Source: Podarcis erhardii (taxonomy: Eukaryota). From it: DNA of 64,000 nt. Shown here piece after piece: positions 1 through 12,370 of this stretch. The position numbers were made by a program, and so were the translations under genes. How positions within the stretch are numbered: the first letter of the stretch is position 1; the number at the start of each line of letters is the position of its first letter. Location of the stretch: assembly GCA_964252035.1 (NCBI GenBank), contig OZ176208.1; one strand, written 5' to 3'. Below the pieces are notes generated by a model. It searched no databases. It saw nothing but the letters and a program-made list of their open reading frames with translations, and was not told the DNA's origin.

Positions 1-392
1 AATGACATATCTGCCAAAGTTGTGATGATTGCTATGAGGAAGGTGATACCCTCAGGAAGGCCCTGTTAGTCTGATGGAACAAATTCCAACCCTGGCCCCA
101 AATAGAGCAACCATAATCCCATGAAATGTCCAGCAATACATTAAATTGCAAGCAAACAGAAGACCATAACAAGGAAGGGTGGGAGGCAGATCCGAAGTCG
201 ACTGCTGTACCAGGTGAGGGACATGCTAGCTTTTATCCTCCTGGAGTGGACCCAAGTGATGCCTCTGAACAGTGAACCCTGGCCCCACCCACACTTGTGT
301 CACACACCCCAGCCTGCCCACGATTGGCCACTATTGCGGGCAACAAATTAGAATCCTGCACCATCTGGGAGAGGACGAAATATCTCCTAACA

Positions 393-528
393 CAGGCATA
401 GGCAAACTCCGGCCTTCCAGATGTTTGGGACTACAACTCCCATCATCCTGAGCTAACAGGACCAGTGGTCAGGGATGATGGGAATTGTATTCCCAAACAT
501 CTGGAAGGCCAGAATTTGCCTATGCCTG
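393..528. mobile_element. Palindromic hAT-type MITE (136 bp)
   Basis: ~56-bp inverted arms starting CAGGCATAGGCAAA with 4 mismatches; perfect 8-bp TSD TCCTAACA (385-392 and 529-536). Confidence 0.9.
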
Positions 529-1323
529 TCCTAACAGGAACAGAAGCTTGGGAATGGGTGCTAGGGGCAGAGGTTGCTCCAGGCTGCAAACACCATATTG
601 CTGACACGGGTGAGTGACCGTTCTTTGTTTTATTGTTCTTCAAGGAAACATCCCAGAGTAGCTTCAAGCATATGTAACAACAACAACAACAATTAAATTT
701 AGTGCTACTTATCTTATACTTTCACATTTAAGCAGATTATCTAGATACTAGGATTATTCTCCATTGTTTTATTCCTTCCATTGATAAAAAGGCTGAACAA
801 TACCAGATGCTGAAATCTTCATGGGATACCTCTTAACAATCTGGTATTAATTTATTAATTACTCCCTTCTCCATCTGATTTCTCCTCAATTGTACATAGC
901 TTTTTAGTAATTTCGTTTAGTCCGCAACCCTGAATATTGTATAAGAGTCTAAATTTGAGTCACTAGAGCCTTGCTAAAATCCATACTTAGCAACTGAGCT
1001 CAGAACAACTGCACCTCTCATGTGAAATGGTAAAACTATGAACCACAAAGTGGGGGGGGGGCAATGTCCTCTCAATGAGTTTCTTGGTGATAAGCCTCTG
1101 ATAAGTTAATGAATGCTGCTCACTTCAGTGATGAAGTTCATTGGTATTAGGTGGATTTAAGAGGATGCCACTTTGGCTTTTGTATGCTCAGTTAATATTT
1201 GGGGGTGATGTGCAAAGGAAGCACAAATCTGTGCAAGTTGACTCAGAAGTAAATTCCACAGAATTCAATGAGATTTATTACCAACATGGCAGTGTTCATG
1301 GAACTGCAGCCTTAAACAGGTTA

Positions 1324-1549
1324 CAGTGGTACCTCGGGTTACAGACACTTCAGGTTACAGACTCCGCTAACCCAGAAATAGTACCTTGGGTTAAGAACTT
1401 TGCTTCAGGATGAGAACAGAAATTGCGCAGCAGCGGCACAGCAGCAGCAGGAGGCCCCATTAGCTAAAGTGGTGCTTCAGGTTAAGAACAGTTTCCGGTT
1501 AAGAACGGCCCTCCGGAACGAATTAAGTTCTTATCCTGAGGTATCACTG
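1324..1549 (+). mobile_element. Tc1/mariner (Tigger/pogo-like) MITE, family A
   Basis: TIR CAGTGGTACCTC ... GAGGTATCACTG, TA TSD on both sides, internal GGTTACAG/GGTTAAGAAC repeats. Homologous to 6144, 12992, 15147 and 29584. Confidence 0.9.
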
Positions 1550-2726
1550 TATTCTCAAATACAGCCATGACATACAGCCATGAAGTTCACACGAGAAAAA
1601 TGCAAGCAGTGAGTCAACCCCCTTCCCATCTCAAATATTCTTTCTTCAGTTCCTCTGAGGAATTGTGAAGGGGAGAGGAAAAGACTTTCATTTAGTACAA
1701 TCACATTTCTGGCAAGAAATGTAGTTAAGAATTTGCTTCCTGTCACTTCATTTAAGTGTCCTGTTCTCTGTCTGCCTCTCTTTCCCTCACTTTCTCTTTC
1801 ACCCCCACCCCCACTTTTCTCATCCAAGCTGACTTCTATCTAGCGTGTTCACCACAGCTTCCTGCCTTATGTTTACTTTCTATTTTCATATCCATGGGAA
1901 TGGAATTTGTTCCTCCGTAATCAGGCCTATCTCACTCTTGCTGCTGATACTTCTGGGATTGCTACCTCTGACTCTCACAATTGTGTTTTTATAAGATGCA
2001 TCTAACAAATGTTTGCCTTACATTTATGCTGTGCATTTCCCAGAGATGCAGAACCTGAGCTTATACAACTATTATACGTGGCCCACCCCCCACACATATT
2101 GGCTGATACCTGCTTGTGCTTCATAGATTAATCAATGTCAAGAGAGGATGAAGGAAACCAAATCCTTCCTTGTGCTCATTATGAAGACTGCCTTTTCTAC
2201 TGTATTTGATGCTTCTTTGGCTGATTTAAAACTTTGATCATTTTAACTCATTACAACATCCACCTCAAGTTACACTTCAAAGGGCCTGAGCCCTACAAAC
2301 TGTTCTGTTGTTGGCCTGGGAGAATGGAGAAAATGTCACTTGCTGCTGCAGGTAACATCTATTTCATCAATCTTAAAAAACAAAAACACTTACTAAATAG
2401 AAAATCTATACAGTAATTTACAACAGTAAGAGAGCAATTCAAACCCAAGATCTGCTGGTATTAGCAAAGTTTGGAATAGGCGGATTGCCAGCTAAACCTG
2501 GGTATCTAAGCTCAGCCATCTGAAGCCCCTCATACCAGCTCAGATGGAAGAAGTTCTCTACCCTGAATTACCCAGGGCTTAGCCAGCAGTAGCCCTGTGC
2601 CTTAATAGGCTTTGGTATAGGTATATTTTTTGCTGGCATAATTTACCCTGCCATAAATTACATTCACTTCCTATAATTTGGATTGCTCTGTGCATGCATT
2701 AATTGGATAAATAATAATAATAAATG

Positions 2727-2749
2727 GAGAGAGAGAGAGAGAGAGAGAG
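2727..2749. repeat. (GA)n microsatellite preceded by (TAA)n
   Basis: Directly visible. Confidence 0.9.
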
Positions 2750-5700
2750 GGAGAGGTTATACCTCTCCTGTCATTAATTTTGTATTCTTGGGGGGCTCTT
2801 CAGATGTCGTTTTTATTGTGCATTCAATATTTTTTTATGTTCAGGATACATAATCCTGATTCTGATATTGTTCACACCCACAAAATTTGGGGGGGGGGGT
2901 GGTCCAAATGGTGCATATTATCTACCTGCCTGCTGTGAGCCTACAAATGTGGGAACGTAGACTCCTGTGTATTCATTGCTACATGGAATATATGTTTGCA
3001 TAGGGCTATATACTACACCACTATGCATATAAAACTGACACCTCGGTCATATGCTAAATGATGTGTTCTACAGAATATTCACTAAAATATATTTCAAGAA
3101 CTTGAAAATTGTGCATATTGTTAGAAGATATGGCCCATAAGTTTCAACTTCAAGTATCCTAATATATTCTGGGAAGAATACAGAAGTTCTGCAACCCTAG
3201 GGAACTGTCATAAGGACAATGCAGATAATGCTTATCTGAATTTATGTTGCTCACACAGATTCAGATAAGCTCTTTGGATCTATTATATGGTAAGATAAGC
3301 TGTAAACAAAACTGAAGTCTTTTCTAAAAAACCACACAAGTCTCAATTTTCTGCACGCCAGGGTAATCAACCATATATATAGTTTAAATAAATTAAATAT
3401 GTTGAGCCTTTGAAAAGCACTGGGCATAGGACAAGCACACAGCAACCAGCTGGCTGTCAGCTGTTTAGGAAGCACTTTGCAACCCCCATGCTCAGCACTT
3501 CCCAAGCCCCAAGCACTTTGCACTGTGGTTCCCAAGTACTGCAGAACAGAGCTTTGTAGGCACTACCAACTGGCAATGACTGCAAAGCCCCAACATTACT
3601 TACTTTACACCTATATGACATCATATCAGGTGTAGGTGGGTGTGGCTTGTCCCGAACAGACTCATGACTCAGATGGGGAAGTCTGACAGGTAAGATTAGG
3701 CTCAATGGGCTGGAAGGTTTCCTACCTCTGTACTACACTCATTAGGACACTGATGCCTTTGACATATGCTAAATGGGCAATATTCTACAGAATATTCAAC
3801 AACCTGCATTCCATTAACTTGAAAATTGTGTTTCTTGACAGATGCTGTGGCATGGCACATAAGTTGTCAGACAGACAAGGGAGGATCATCCTCCCCCACA
3901 TATTGATGGTGCTGTATCAATTCATTAATCAATATTGATGCAATATAATAGTTTCAAAGAGATGAGTCTGGGACCACTTAAAAAAACAACTCTTGGGGAA
4001 AACTCAAATCACACTGCTACAAAGTTACTTCATTAACTTCAACTCATCTGAAGGGCACCATGCACTTACAAATTGCAGGTACTTTCAGCTGGAATGAAAT
4101 ATGGATCCCAAGGGACATGTTGCTCAGAGAAAATAAATACTATTGTTGGGGTTCCTTTAATTGCTGGTAAGCAAAATCTGATGCATGTGCTTCTCTTATC
4201 TTGCAGGCTGCAGGTTTTATGATTAGTGTTTGAAAGTCACTGACCTGGCCACCAGCCAAGGAGGTCACTGTGACCCAAGGGTGTGGTCACTCTTGGGTAT
4301 ATTAAGAGGGAGCTCTGCATTTCCTCTTTGCTTTGCTGTAAGGAAGCTCTGCCAGATTGATACTGAAGTCTGTGTGTATGTATGCTGTGAGTTGTACTTG
4401 CTTTGCATTTGAAGCCTGAACCTTCTACTAGGGATCTAGTAGAAGCCTGTATATAGTGAAACTGCCTTAATGCTTTGGACCTGTCAGTAAAGGACTGAAC
4501 TGACTGAAAAGTTGGAGTCTGACTGAATTTCTTCCAGCACAAACTGCACTGCTATGAACCTTCACGCTTGGGGAGTTGCACACGTTTGGCACATGCCATA
4601 CACCCACAACTATGCCTTGTGAAAAGTCATTGTTAGGGATGTAGCTTAATCACTATTAAAAGAAGCAGGGAAGGACATTTTTCAAGCTGCCTTTCATTTG
4701 GGACAGCATAACTGCTGAAGTGGGGCTCCCAGGAAAGAGCTTACTTACTTGGGAACAATGGGGAAACTGATGATTATCTTTTAAATAGAAGACTTGCATG
4801 GGAAAGGGGGAAGAGGTGTGTAGTCAGGAAAACAATTTTTTATGCCAGATTTGGGGGTCATGGGGAAAATGTTTCCCCAGATAATACTGCACCCTCTGTC
4901 TTTTTTTTCTGCTGTCACTTTCTTCTTCTTTCTGGCATCTTCTGGGTTAGAGATATCACTTAAATCCCGAATACATCAGAAAGAGGGCTGCCCTTACTCT
5001 GATTTTGCTTCAGGACTTTGACCTCAGTCTGCATGCTGGAAACAGTGCTTCCTATCTAGGTGGACAGAAATGTAATGCATTTTAAGGAATGGTGTGCAGT
5101 AACAATAGAAGCAGAGAATGCAGCTGGCAGAAAGTGGCGTGATCACTTACCCCCTATTTGTGTCACCTCCACCAATTAACACGCTGGATTTCATAGTCTG
5201 CGAAAGAACTGATGAAGTGGAGTTGGGAAAATAAAAATGGAATTGACACTCAAAAATGGTAACAACTTAGGGCTTAACCAAAGTTGACTCTGTTCTCTTC
5301 CACTCTTTGTCCACACTGAGGTCATGGTGGTCAAATGGATTGATTCTCCAGATGTCGGCCGGCTGCATACATGCAACCTGCCACATGACTGCTATTTGAA
5401 AAACCACTGAACAGACTTTGTATGACAAGTTGCTTGAGTAAAATATGTGGCTTCACACATGCGATTTCAACCACACCAAAAAGCCCTCCTGTGTAAGCCT
5501 TTGCAATATGTGTGGTTGAAATTGCTCAAATTTCTGGGATGGCTGCTTTATGCAAATAATTTGCTTCATGGGGCTGCACTCAAATGCTGGTGGTCCAGGT
5601 AGGTTGCATATCATGATTGAGCCATAGTTAAAACATTCCACCTGTGTTTGACACCAAGGATAATCATTTTTATTCTTATCACATAAGGCTGTGAATCTGA

Positions 5701-6143
5701 ACCGAGACTGATATCCTTGGGTTTACTCCTGAGTGGCAGAGACATGTGAAACATTTTGTATATGGCTTTCTCAAAGAATATTTTGTGAATATAGATGGAA
5801 TATACTTGACTGAAAAGACAAGGTATATTTCGATGTGCTGTGGAACTGTCATGTTTAACTGGGTTTTACTATTCAGTGTTGATATGTACTGTTAAATGAC
5901 AGCCAGGAAGAAGACTGTGACAGAGGCTACTGCATGCAGCTGAGAATGAGAAGAGACAGAATGAGAGGTGGGAAACCTGTCTCTGCAAATGGAGCAGGCA
6001 TGAACTAACTTATTCTAGCTGTTTGTGTGAATCATCTAGTGGTCTTTCACAATGACTGCAGATAAAACTATTATGTATATGTTAGTTTTTATGTTCCCTT
6101 TGTCCTCTCTATTTTGTAAAATTAAAATTAAAAAAGATCACTA

Positions 6144-6367
6144 CAGTGGTACCTCGGGTTAAGAACTTAATTTGTTCTGGAGGTCTGTTCTTAACCTGAG
6201 GTACCACTTTAGCTAATGGGCCTTCCACTGCCGCCGTGCCGCCGGAGCACGATTTCTGTTCTCATTCTGAAGCAAAGTTCTTAACTTGAGGTAATATTTC
6301 TGGGTTAGCAGAGTCTGTAACCTGAAGTGTATGTAACCTGAAGCGTATGTAACCCGAGGTACCACTA
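6144..6367 (-). mobile_element. Tigger-like MITE, family A
   Basis: Reverse-complement homolog of 1324-1549 with TA flanks; terminal base mutated (ACCACTA). Confidence 0.9.
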
Positions 6368-6369
6368 TA

Positions 6370-6619
6370 CAGTGGTACCTTGGAAGTTGAACAGAATCCA
6401 TTCCGGAAGTCTGTTCGACTTCCAAAATGTTCAGAAACCAAAGCGCGGCTTCTGATTGGCTGCAAGAAGATCCTGCAGCCAACCGGAAGCCATGGAAGCC
6501 CCATTGGACGTTCGGGTTCCAGAAAAGGTTCGCAAACCGGAACACTCACTTCTGGGTTTGTGGCATTCAGGAATCAAAACATCTGAGTACCAAGCCGTTC
6601 AGAATCCAAGGTACAACTG
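6370..6619. mobile_element. Tigger-like MITE, family B (different interior)
   Basis: TIR CAGTGGTACCTTGG ... CCAAGGTACAACTG with TA TSD; the left TA (6368-6369) is shared with the preceding MITE. Confidence 0.85.
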
Positions 6620-6633
6620 TATAGTGAAATAGC

Positions 6634-6832
6634 CATAGAAACAGAAAAATCTAATTTCTACTGAGACAGACTATTGGGTCATCTAACTCATTATTGTCTA
6701 CAATGTCTGGCAGTAGCTCTCCAGGGTTTCAGACAGGTGACATTCCCTGGTCTACCTGGAGATAACCAGGATTAAACCAATGACATTTTGGATGCAAAGT
6801 AGTTGATCTACCACTGAGTTATGTCCCTTCCC
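6634..6832 (-). mobile_element. Diverged tRNA-derived SINE with CR1-like 3' tail
   Basis: tRNA-like head on the minus strand (CTACCACTGAGTTATGTCCCTTCCC) and body ACTGAGACAGACTATTGG...CTCTCCAGGGTTTCAGACAGG, recalled as a common squamate SINE. A degenerate + copy lies near 60650-60750. Confidence 0.65.
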
Positions 6833-7619
6833 TAAATTTTTCCACTGAAGATTTTTTCATCTTTTCCTCTCCTACCAGATAATAGGAAAGGTGAGTCAAT
6901 AGCTATTTGCTCCTCTGTAGTGGTGTGCAACTCTTAATGTAGAATAAGGGCATATTCTAACATTCATCTTGTATTTGTCAAAATCAACATGATTTGACCT
7001 TTCAGTAGATTTGCATGTGTTGGCAAGCATGCAACATCCCCTAGTGGGGCGGCCTGCCCTGTTCCTGGGACATATCTGCCCCTAGGCCTCATGACTGTTT
7101 CCACATTGCGGTATTAAAAGTTCTGTGAGAAACTATGCAAAGTTGAGCACTCCTGGGGACTTTCAGCTTCAAGTATCATCTTATATTCTGGGAAGAAAAT
7201 GGAAGTTCTGTATCTCAGCTGAGCTGTCATAAGCACAATGCAGATAAATTTGATAGTTTGGATCAAGCGTAGGATTAGTTAGACCAATATACTGGTATAG
7301 TTCTTTATTCAATTTTGAGCTGAATACTTGTTATTCTTTGCTTTTCCCTTATACTTTGAATAAACTGCTCAATGGAACTTCTGGGCAGTACTGGTTTCTG
7401 CAGAGACTCAAGGGCTGGTTAAGGTCTGTGTGGTTTAGTCTCCTGGCATTACTCATTGTGATTGGGAGAGCACAGGGGTTGATACTGAAATGGGGGGCGG
7501 GGTTGCTTATTGTTACAGACTTAAGGAACTTTACTGAATTTTCCTGAGTTTGGTGGGAACAAAGGATTTTTAAAAACATAGCTAATTAGAGACAAGTGAG
7601 AAATTTAATTTAGTTCACA

Positions 7620-8030
7620 TTTAAAGGTACACTTACTTGACTGGCCCTTTCCAAAATAATATATCAACTGGAACACAGCCATCCTTTGAATTTCCTACTT
7701 CTCTGAATTTTGCGATGCAGTTGTCCAGCCAAGTAAGTGTACAAAAAAGCATATTCTTGGGTACAGTGTGCATAAAAATACATACATCAACAAAAATAAC
7801 ATTCTAAAATGCATCACATTAGTGAAAATGTGCTTTGAAAAAAAGTGTAACTTGGACAAACTTGCATTAAAAAATGTGAATTTTAGAAGAAATTCTCACT
7901 AAAGTGCTGGTAAATTTTCATGAGCGCATTGAAAGTATATATATAGATCAGAAACTGGTGGAAATGTACAGAAATTTCCCATTTGGAAAAATGGAACAAG
8001 CCCAAATTGACAGATTTGCCTATGCCCTAC
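7620..8030. repeat. Old AT-rich interspersed repeat (probable non-autonomous DNA transposon) with internal 13-bp inverted repeat
   Basis: GTACACTTACTTG (7627) / CAAGTAAGTGTAC inverted pair; end AAATTGACAGATTTGCCTATGCCCTA resembles a recalled common squamate repeat terminus. Boundaries uncertain. Confidence 0.4.
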
Positions 8031-9209
8031 AACCAATAGGAAGAGGATTTGTGAATGTCTCTAGACCAAGGCATTAACACATAATGTGAAAGATTAGTCA
8101 GTTCCATTAACAAAACGCCAAAACTTGCCCTAGATGGTTTGATAGGTAGAGAGGTATGTTTTATGTGCTGCACTGTTATAGAAAATCTATAATAAGGGGT
8201 TTTAAATGTCTCTCTGCCCTCCTGGCTGAATATGCAGTGTGGAGCTGAAAGCATATCTTCTCCAACTGAGGACTCTGGCCTACGTACTTGTATATTTATA
8301 GGAGGTAGCCTGTAACATTAATGCAATAGCACAACTTGCTTTACAATATCCAGCACAGTGAAAGAAAGAGTATCCATTTGTTGCTATGTGCACTTTCGCT
8401 CCTCAGGAAGGTAAATAGGTTGATGTCTGGATAAAAGGTCAGATACAAATTATTGGTAATTTCTGCAATTGTATCTCTTATACTCTCTTGCAGTTTAAAA
8501 TGTATCAATGTGTGAATGCTGAGAATTTTTACATGCTCCAATGAAATTTGTTGTTGAAAACTATTGCAGGATGTACAAATGCAAATATATTTTTCCTGCT
8601 AAAGCAAACGTAGTAAAGTAAAACGGGAAAGAGTCTGGGTATTTGAGGGTTAATGTTGGAGACACATCTGCTTCCTATTCCTAGTTGTGTCTGTGAAATC
8701 AAAACCATTGGAGCATTCAGAGATGGCTGACTGTGTTGTAGTTGTCAGAACTTTTTGACCTAGCTATATCTTTGTTAAAAAAAATAGCTTAGCTCTTGTG
8801 CTTTTTACCTAGCAGAGTCTTCTTTCTGAGAAGTCAGAGGACATCCATAGAAATGCATTATAATAGCAAAGACATGCACTTTTAACCACATTGAATCTGG
8901 AAATAAATAATCTCTCCATGCTGCATCTAGTAATTTTGTGTGCTTTTATGGTTTAATGTGCCATCACAACAAAATCTAAGGATTTTACTTTATTTTGATA
9001 TGCTATGCTGTGTGCACAATAACCTAAAGAAGTCATGTTTCCAGATAACAATGCAAGAATCAATTCAAATTCATTCTGCATCATCTAGCTTCTATTTTGT
9101 ATGGATTTACTTTTTTCATAGCCTGCAAAAATGACCTTCTATAAATTCAGGTTGCTGTTGGGTATGTAGCCTGTATAATCTAAAAAAAGAAACACCAAAA
9201 TATTGTATG

Positions 9210-9229
9210 GTGTGTGTGTGTGTGTGTGT
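9210..9229. repeat. (GT)10 microsatellite
   Basis: Directly visible. Confidence 0.95.
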
Positions 9230-9884
9230 ATAACATATGATTGACAGTAGATACCCATATAATATTTTTAATGTTTCTTTCGTAAAATAAGTATATATTT
9301 CTTGGTATTTCATTTTTGTTATAGAAGCAAACAAAATGATGAGTAGGCTATACAGATAAAATAAGAGATTGCTTTGAAAAATGAAAAATCTCAAGGGAAA
9401 GAGAAAGTTGTTTTTGTTAATTTTTGTATATTTTCATTTTTTTTGTTTTTTTCAAGAAAGAAAGAAAATGTGGCCCAAAGGAGAAATGATACAGTACCTC
9501 GTATTTCTGCAAACTTTGAATGTGATCATGCAAGTCTCATGCAAATCAATGGATCCTGTTTTCACTCCAGGTCTCTAAATTTGCTCATGCTACATAAAAG
9601 ACTGACTAACACATCATCAAATGTGCATCCCAGGTGGTGGTACATGAAACAGGATGCCCGCAGAAGCTCTCAACTTCCCTTGCCTTCAAATTGCCCATTA
9701 TTTGCAACCCCCCAAATAGTGCAATAAGCACATTTTAACTTAGAACGGGTCCACACAAGGCAAGTATTCTTCCATAATAACTGGAAGGAGGTAAAGGTAC
9801 TCTTCCATTCATTTAATCCAGTCCTGTCTTGTAATGTGCACTAAAAACGATATACAAAAGTGAGCTTCTAGTTCTTCTGTAGGC

Positions 9885-10005
9885 CTAGGACAGGTGATGT
9901 TGCTGCATCCATCATCCCTGGACATTGGCCATTAGCTATGCTGGCTGGGGCTAATGGAAGCTGGAGTCCAATGATATCTGGAAAGCCACAGATTCCCCTA
10001 CTCTG
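9885..10005. mobile_element. Degenerate hairpin hAT MITE (same superfamily as 393-528)
   Basis: CCATCATCCCTG...GCTGGCTGGGGCTAATGG...ATCTGGAAAGCCACAGATTCCCC resembles the other copies. Confidence 0.5.
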
Positions 10006-11795
10006 GTCTGAAATTAAGGTTTAACTAGCCCTTCCTATAGTTTCAAATACAGTGAACCACTTACTCTGGGATCTTGTGTGGTTGCCCCACCTTTACCATG
10101 GGGACTAAACTAAAACTATTCTGAAATGCTCTGGTGAATTACTTGCTGGCAGCACCTACGAAGCCAAAAGAGAAGTAGAACTACGTATTATGAGAAGAAG
10201 AGATCTCACTAGGGTACTGAGTCATCACTCCTTTAGCTCCCAGGTTCTGCTCACCCAGGTCTCTAGGGGGCTGCACACATATCTTCAGTAGCTTAGCAGA
10301 GAAGACAGTAATGTCAGATGAGGTAAACTAGTTCAGAATATTTCTGGATCAGAACTCACCAGATTACTGTAACCAAACAAAAATAGATTTACTCCTCAAA
10401 ACACAGAAGATAACATGACAGTCAAATAAAGAAAGGAAATATTTGTTCCGCCCATGCATTTTTGCCCTAGCTGGTATAACAGTAATGTAGTTTTAACTCT
10501 TAGATGCTGTAAAGGATCTATTTTAAGAAGCAATAGTTGAGTCCAGAATCAACAGACTCTGTTCCTTCTCTCCTGGCAAGCCAACAGCATGGATTCCAGG
10601 GAGCATAGCTTGCTAACTCTAGCTGGAAAAGATTTAGTTGTACAATGTTTAGGTCTTTGCCTGTGAGATGAAGGCAGTAGACTGAACTGCTTCAGAATAT
10701 TGGGTAGGGTGAAGCTATGGTGAACCCTGTTTGCAACATGCATTGCTGTCTCCTCAGGCAGACAAGCAGGCAGAAGAGAGGGACGTTGGGGTCCATATAT
10801 TGCTGGCTGCAACACTCTCAGCATCAAAAGGGCCCTGTTTATGCAGTAACTACAAAGACTACAGACAAGTGCCCTTCCTCTGGAATTTCTCCTCTAAACC
10901 ACATGCTTAGGCCATTAGTGGTTTTGCCAAGTAAACTGCTTCAATTGGCAAGATGGGGTGGTGAGGAGTAGCCAAGTTATGACAAAAGAGGGAGTTAATA
11001 TAGATTTTTATTTCAATATGTTTATGCCACCTTTCAGGGCAAACAACAAAAGCAAAACCTTCTTGAGGCATTTCACACATAAAACAATAAAAGCATAAAA
11101 CACAATTAGCCAAAACACAATTATTCCATTTCAAACAATAAAATAAAAAGTAGCAGCCTGCAGTTAAAAACGCAGCTTACAAGATATAGAGCACAGCATT
11201 AATAAAAGCAGAAAATCTTTTAAAAGAGGCAAAACATGGCATTGATAGATCTTATGAATGTTTCCATAGCACACCTTCCTCCAGGAACAGCATACACAAA
11301 TTCTATCTTCATTATACAGCAGTTGCCGGCAAACAAAGGAATAAATCTCAACAACATTTCATAAACAAAACTTAAAACTTGATTGTGACAAAAAGGTTCA
11401 TTAATTCTGAATTAAATTTCAAAGGAAGTTTTATGAGCACATTTCACTATTCTTCAGGAGACTCTAAATGCAGGATAGGAAACGTATATAAACCTTGCTT
11501 GTAAATGTATGAGCATGTATTTTAATAGGAGAATGAATAAAACGCATTTGTGGGTCTCATGAACTAACTGCTTATGCAAGTGCCCTTCCTCTGGAATTTC
11601 TCCTCTAAAGCCACCTTTGCAGAAAGCACAACTGGCAAATCTGTACTGAATTCCTTGAAAACCAGGAGTTATGTAGTACTGGATGATCATGAACTGAGAT
11701 CATCCCCTAAAGATATGCAAACTCTAGAAACAGAATTCCATCAGAAATGGTATCTTTTTCCTGCTTAGATCATTTGATGTGGTTTTAGCTTAGAT

Positions 11796-11905
11796 TAGCC
11801 TCCTCCTGCAACTCTTATCAGCCCCAGCCAGTATCACCAATGGTCATGGATGTTGGAAATTGTAATCCAAATTTTTTTTGAAGGGCACCAAGTTGGGGAA
11901 GGCTG
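11796..11905. mobile_element. Internally deleted hairpin hAT MITE
   Basis: Right end GAAGGGCACCAAGTTGGGGAAGGCTG followed by TCTAGA target-like sequence; CAGCCCCAGCCAG core. Confidence 0.6.
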
Positions 11906-12023
11906 TCTAGAACTATGATCCACTACAGTTCTTTTTTTTTTTGGGGGGGGGTGGATACTTTCAGTTGGCATGTATCTAGCAGCCAGCAACCTTGCATAAA
12001 TGTGCCAGTGTGAATATATACCA

Positions 12024-12370
12024 TGATATGATAGTCATGTTCAAATATATAAAAGGATGTCACATAGAGGAGGGAGAAAGGTTGTTTTCTGCTGCTCCAG
12101 AGAAGCGGACACGGAGCAATGGATCCAAACTACAAGAAAGAAGATTCCACCTAAACATTAGGAAGAACTTCCTGACAGTAAGAGCTGTTCGACAGTGGAA
12201 TTTGCTGCCAAGGAGTGTGGTGGAGTCTCCTTCTTTGGAGGTCTTTAAGCAGAGGCTTGACAACCATATGTCAACAGTGCTCTGATGGTATTTCCTGCAT
12301 GGCAGGGGGTTGGACTCGATGGCCCTTGTGGTCTCTTCCAACTCTATGATTCTATGATTCTATTCTATGA
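12024..12370 (+). mobile_element. Young CR1 LINE, 5'-truncated 3' end
   Basis: ORF2 C-terminus ([22 protein letters not shown]...FKQRLD), 3' UTR and (ATTCTATG)n tail; about 10 differences over ~340 bp versus 35905-36650 by eye; apparent TSD (A)TATACCA. Confidence 0.93.

Noticed and set aside
1141-1413. Recurring short ORFs with QWYLGLQTLQVTDSANPE (also near 6213, 12999, 15065)
   Set aside because: Translations of the same non-coding MITE end, not a peptide family.
8579-9546. Isolated ATGCAAAT octamers (8579, 9539; others elsewhere)
   Set aside because: A few per 64 kb are expected by chance in AT-rich DNA.
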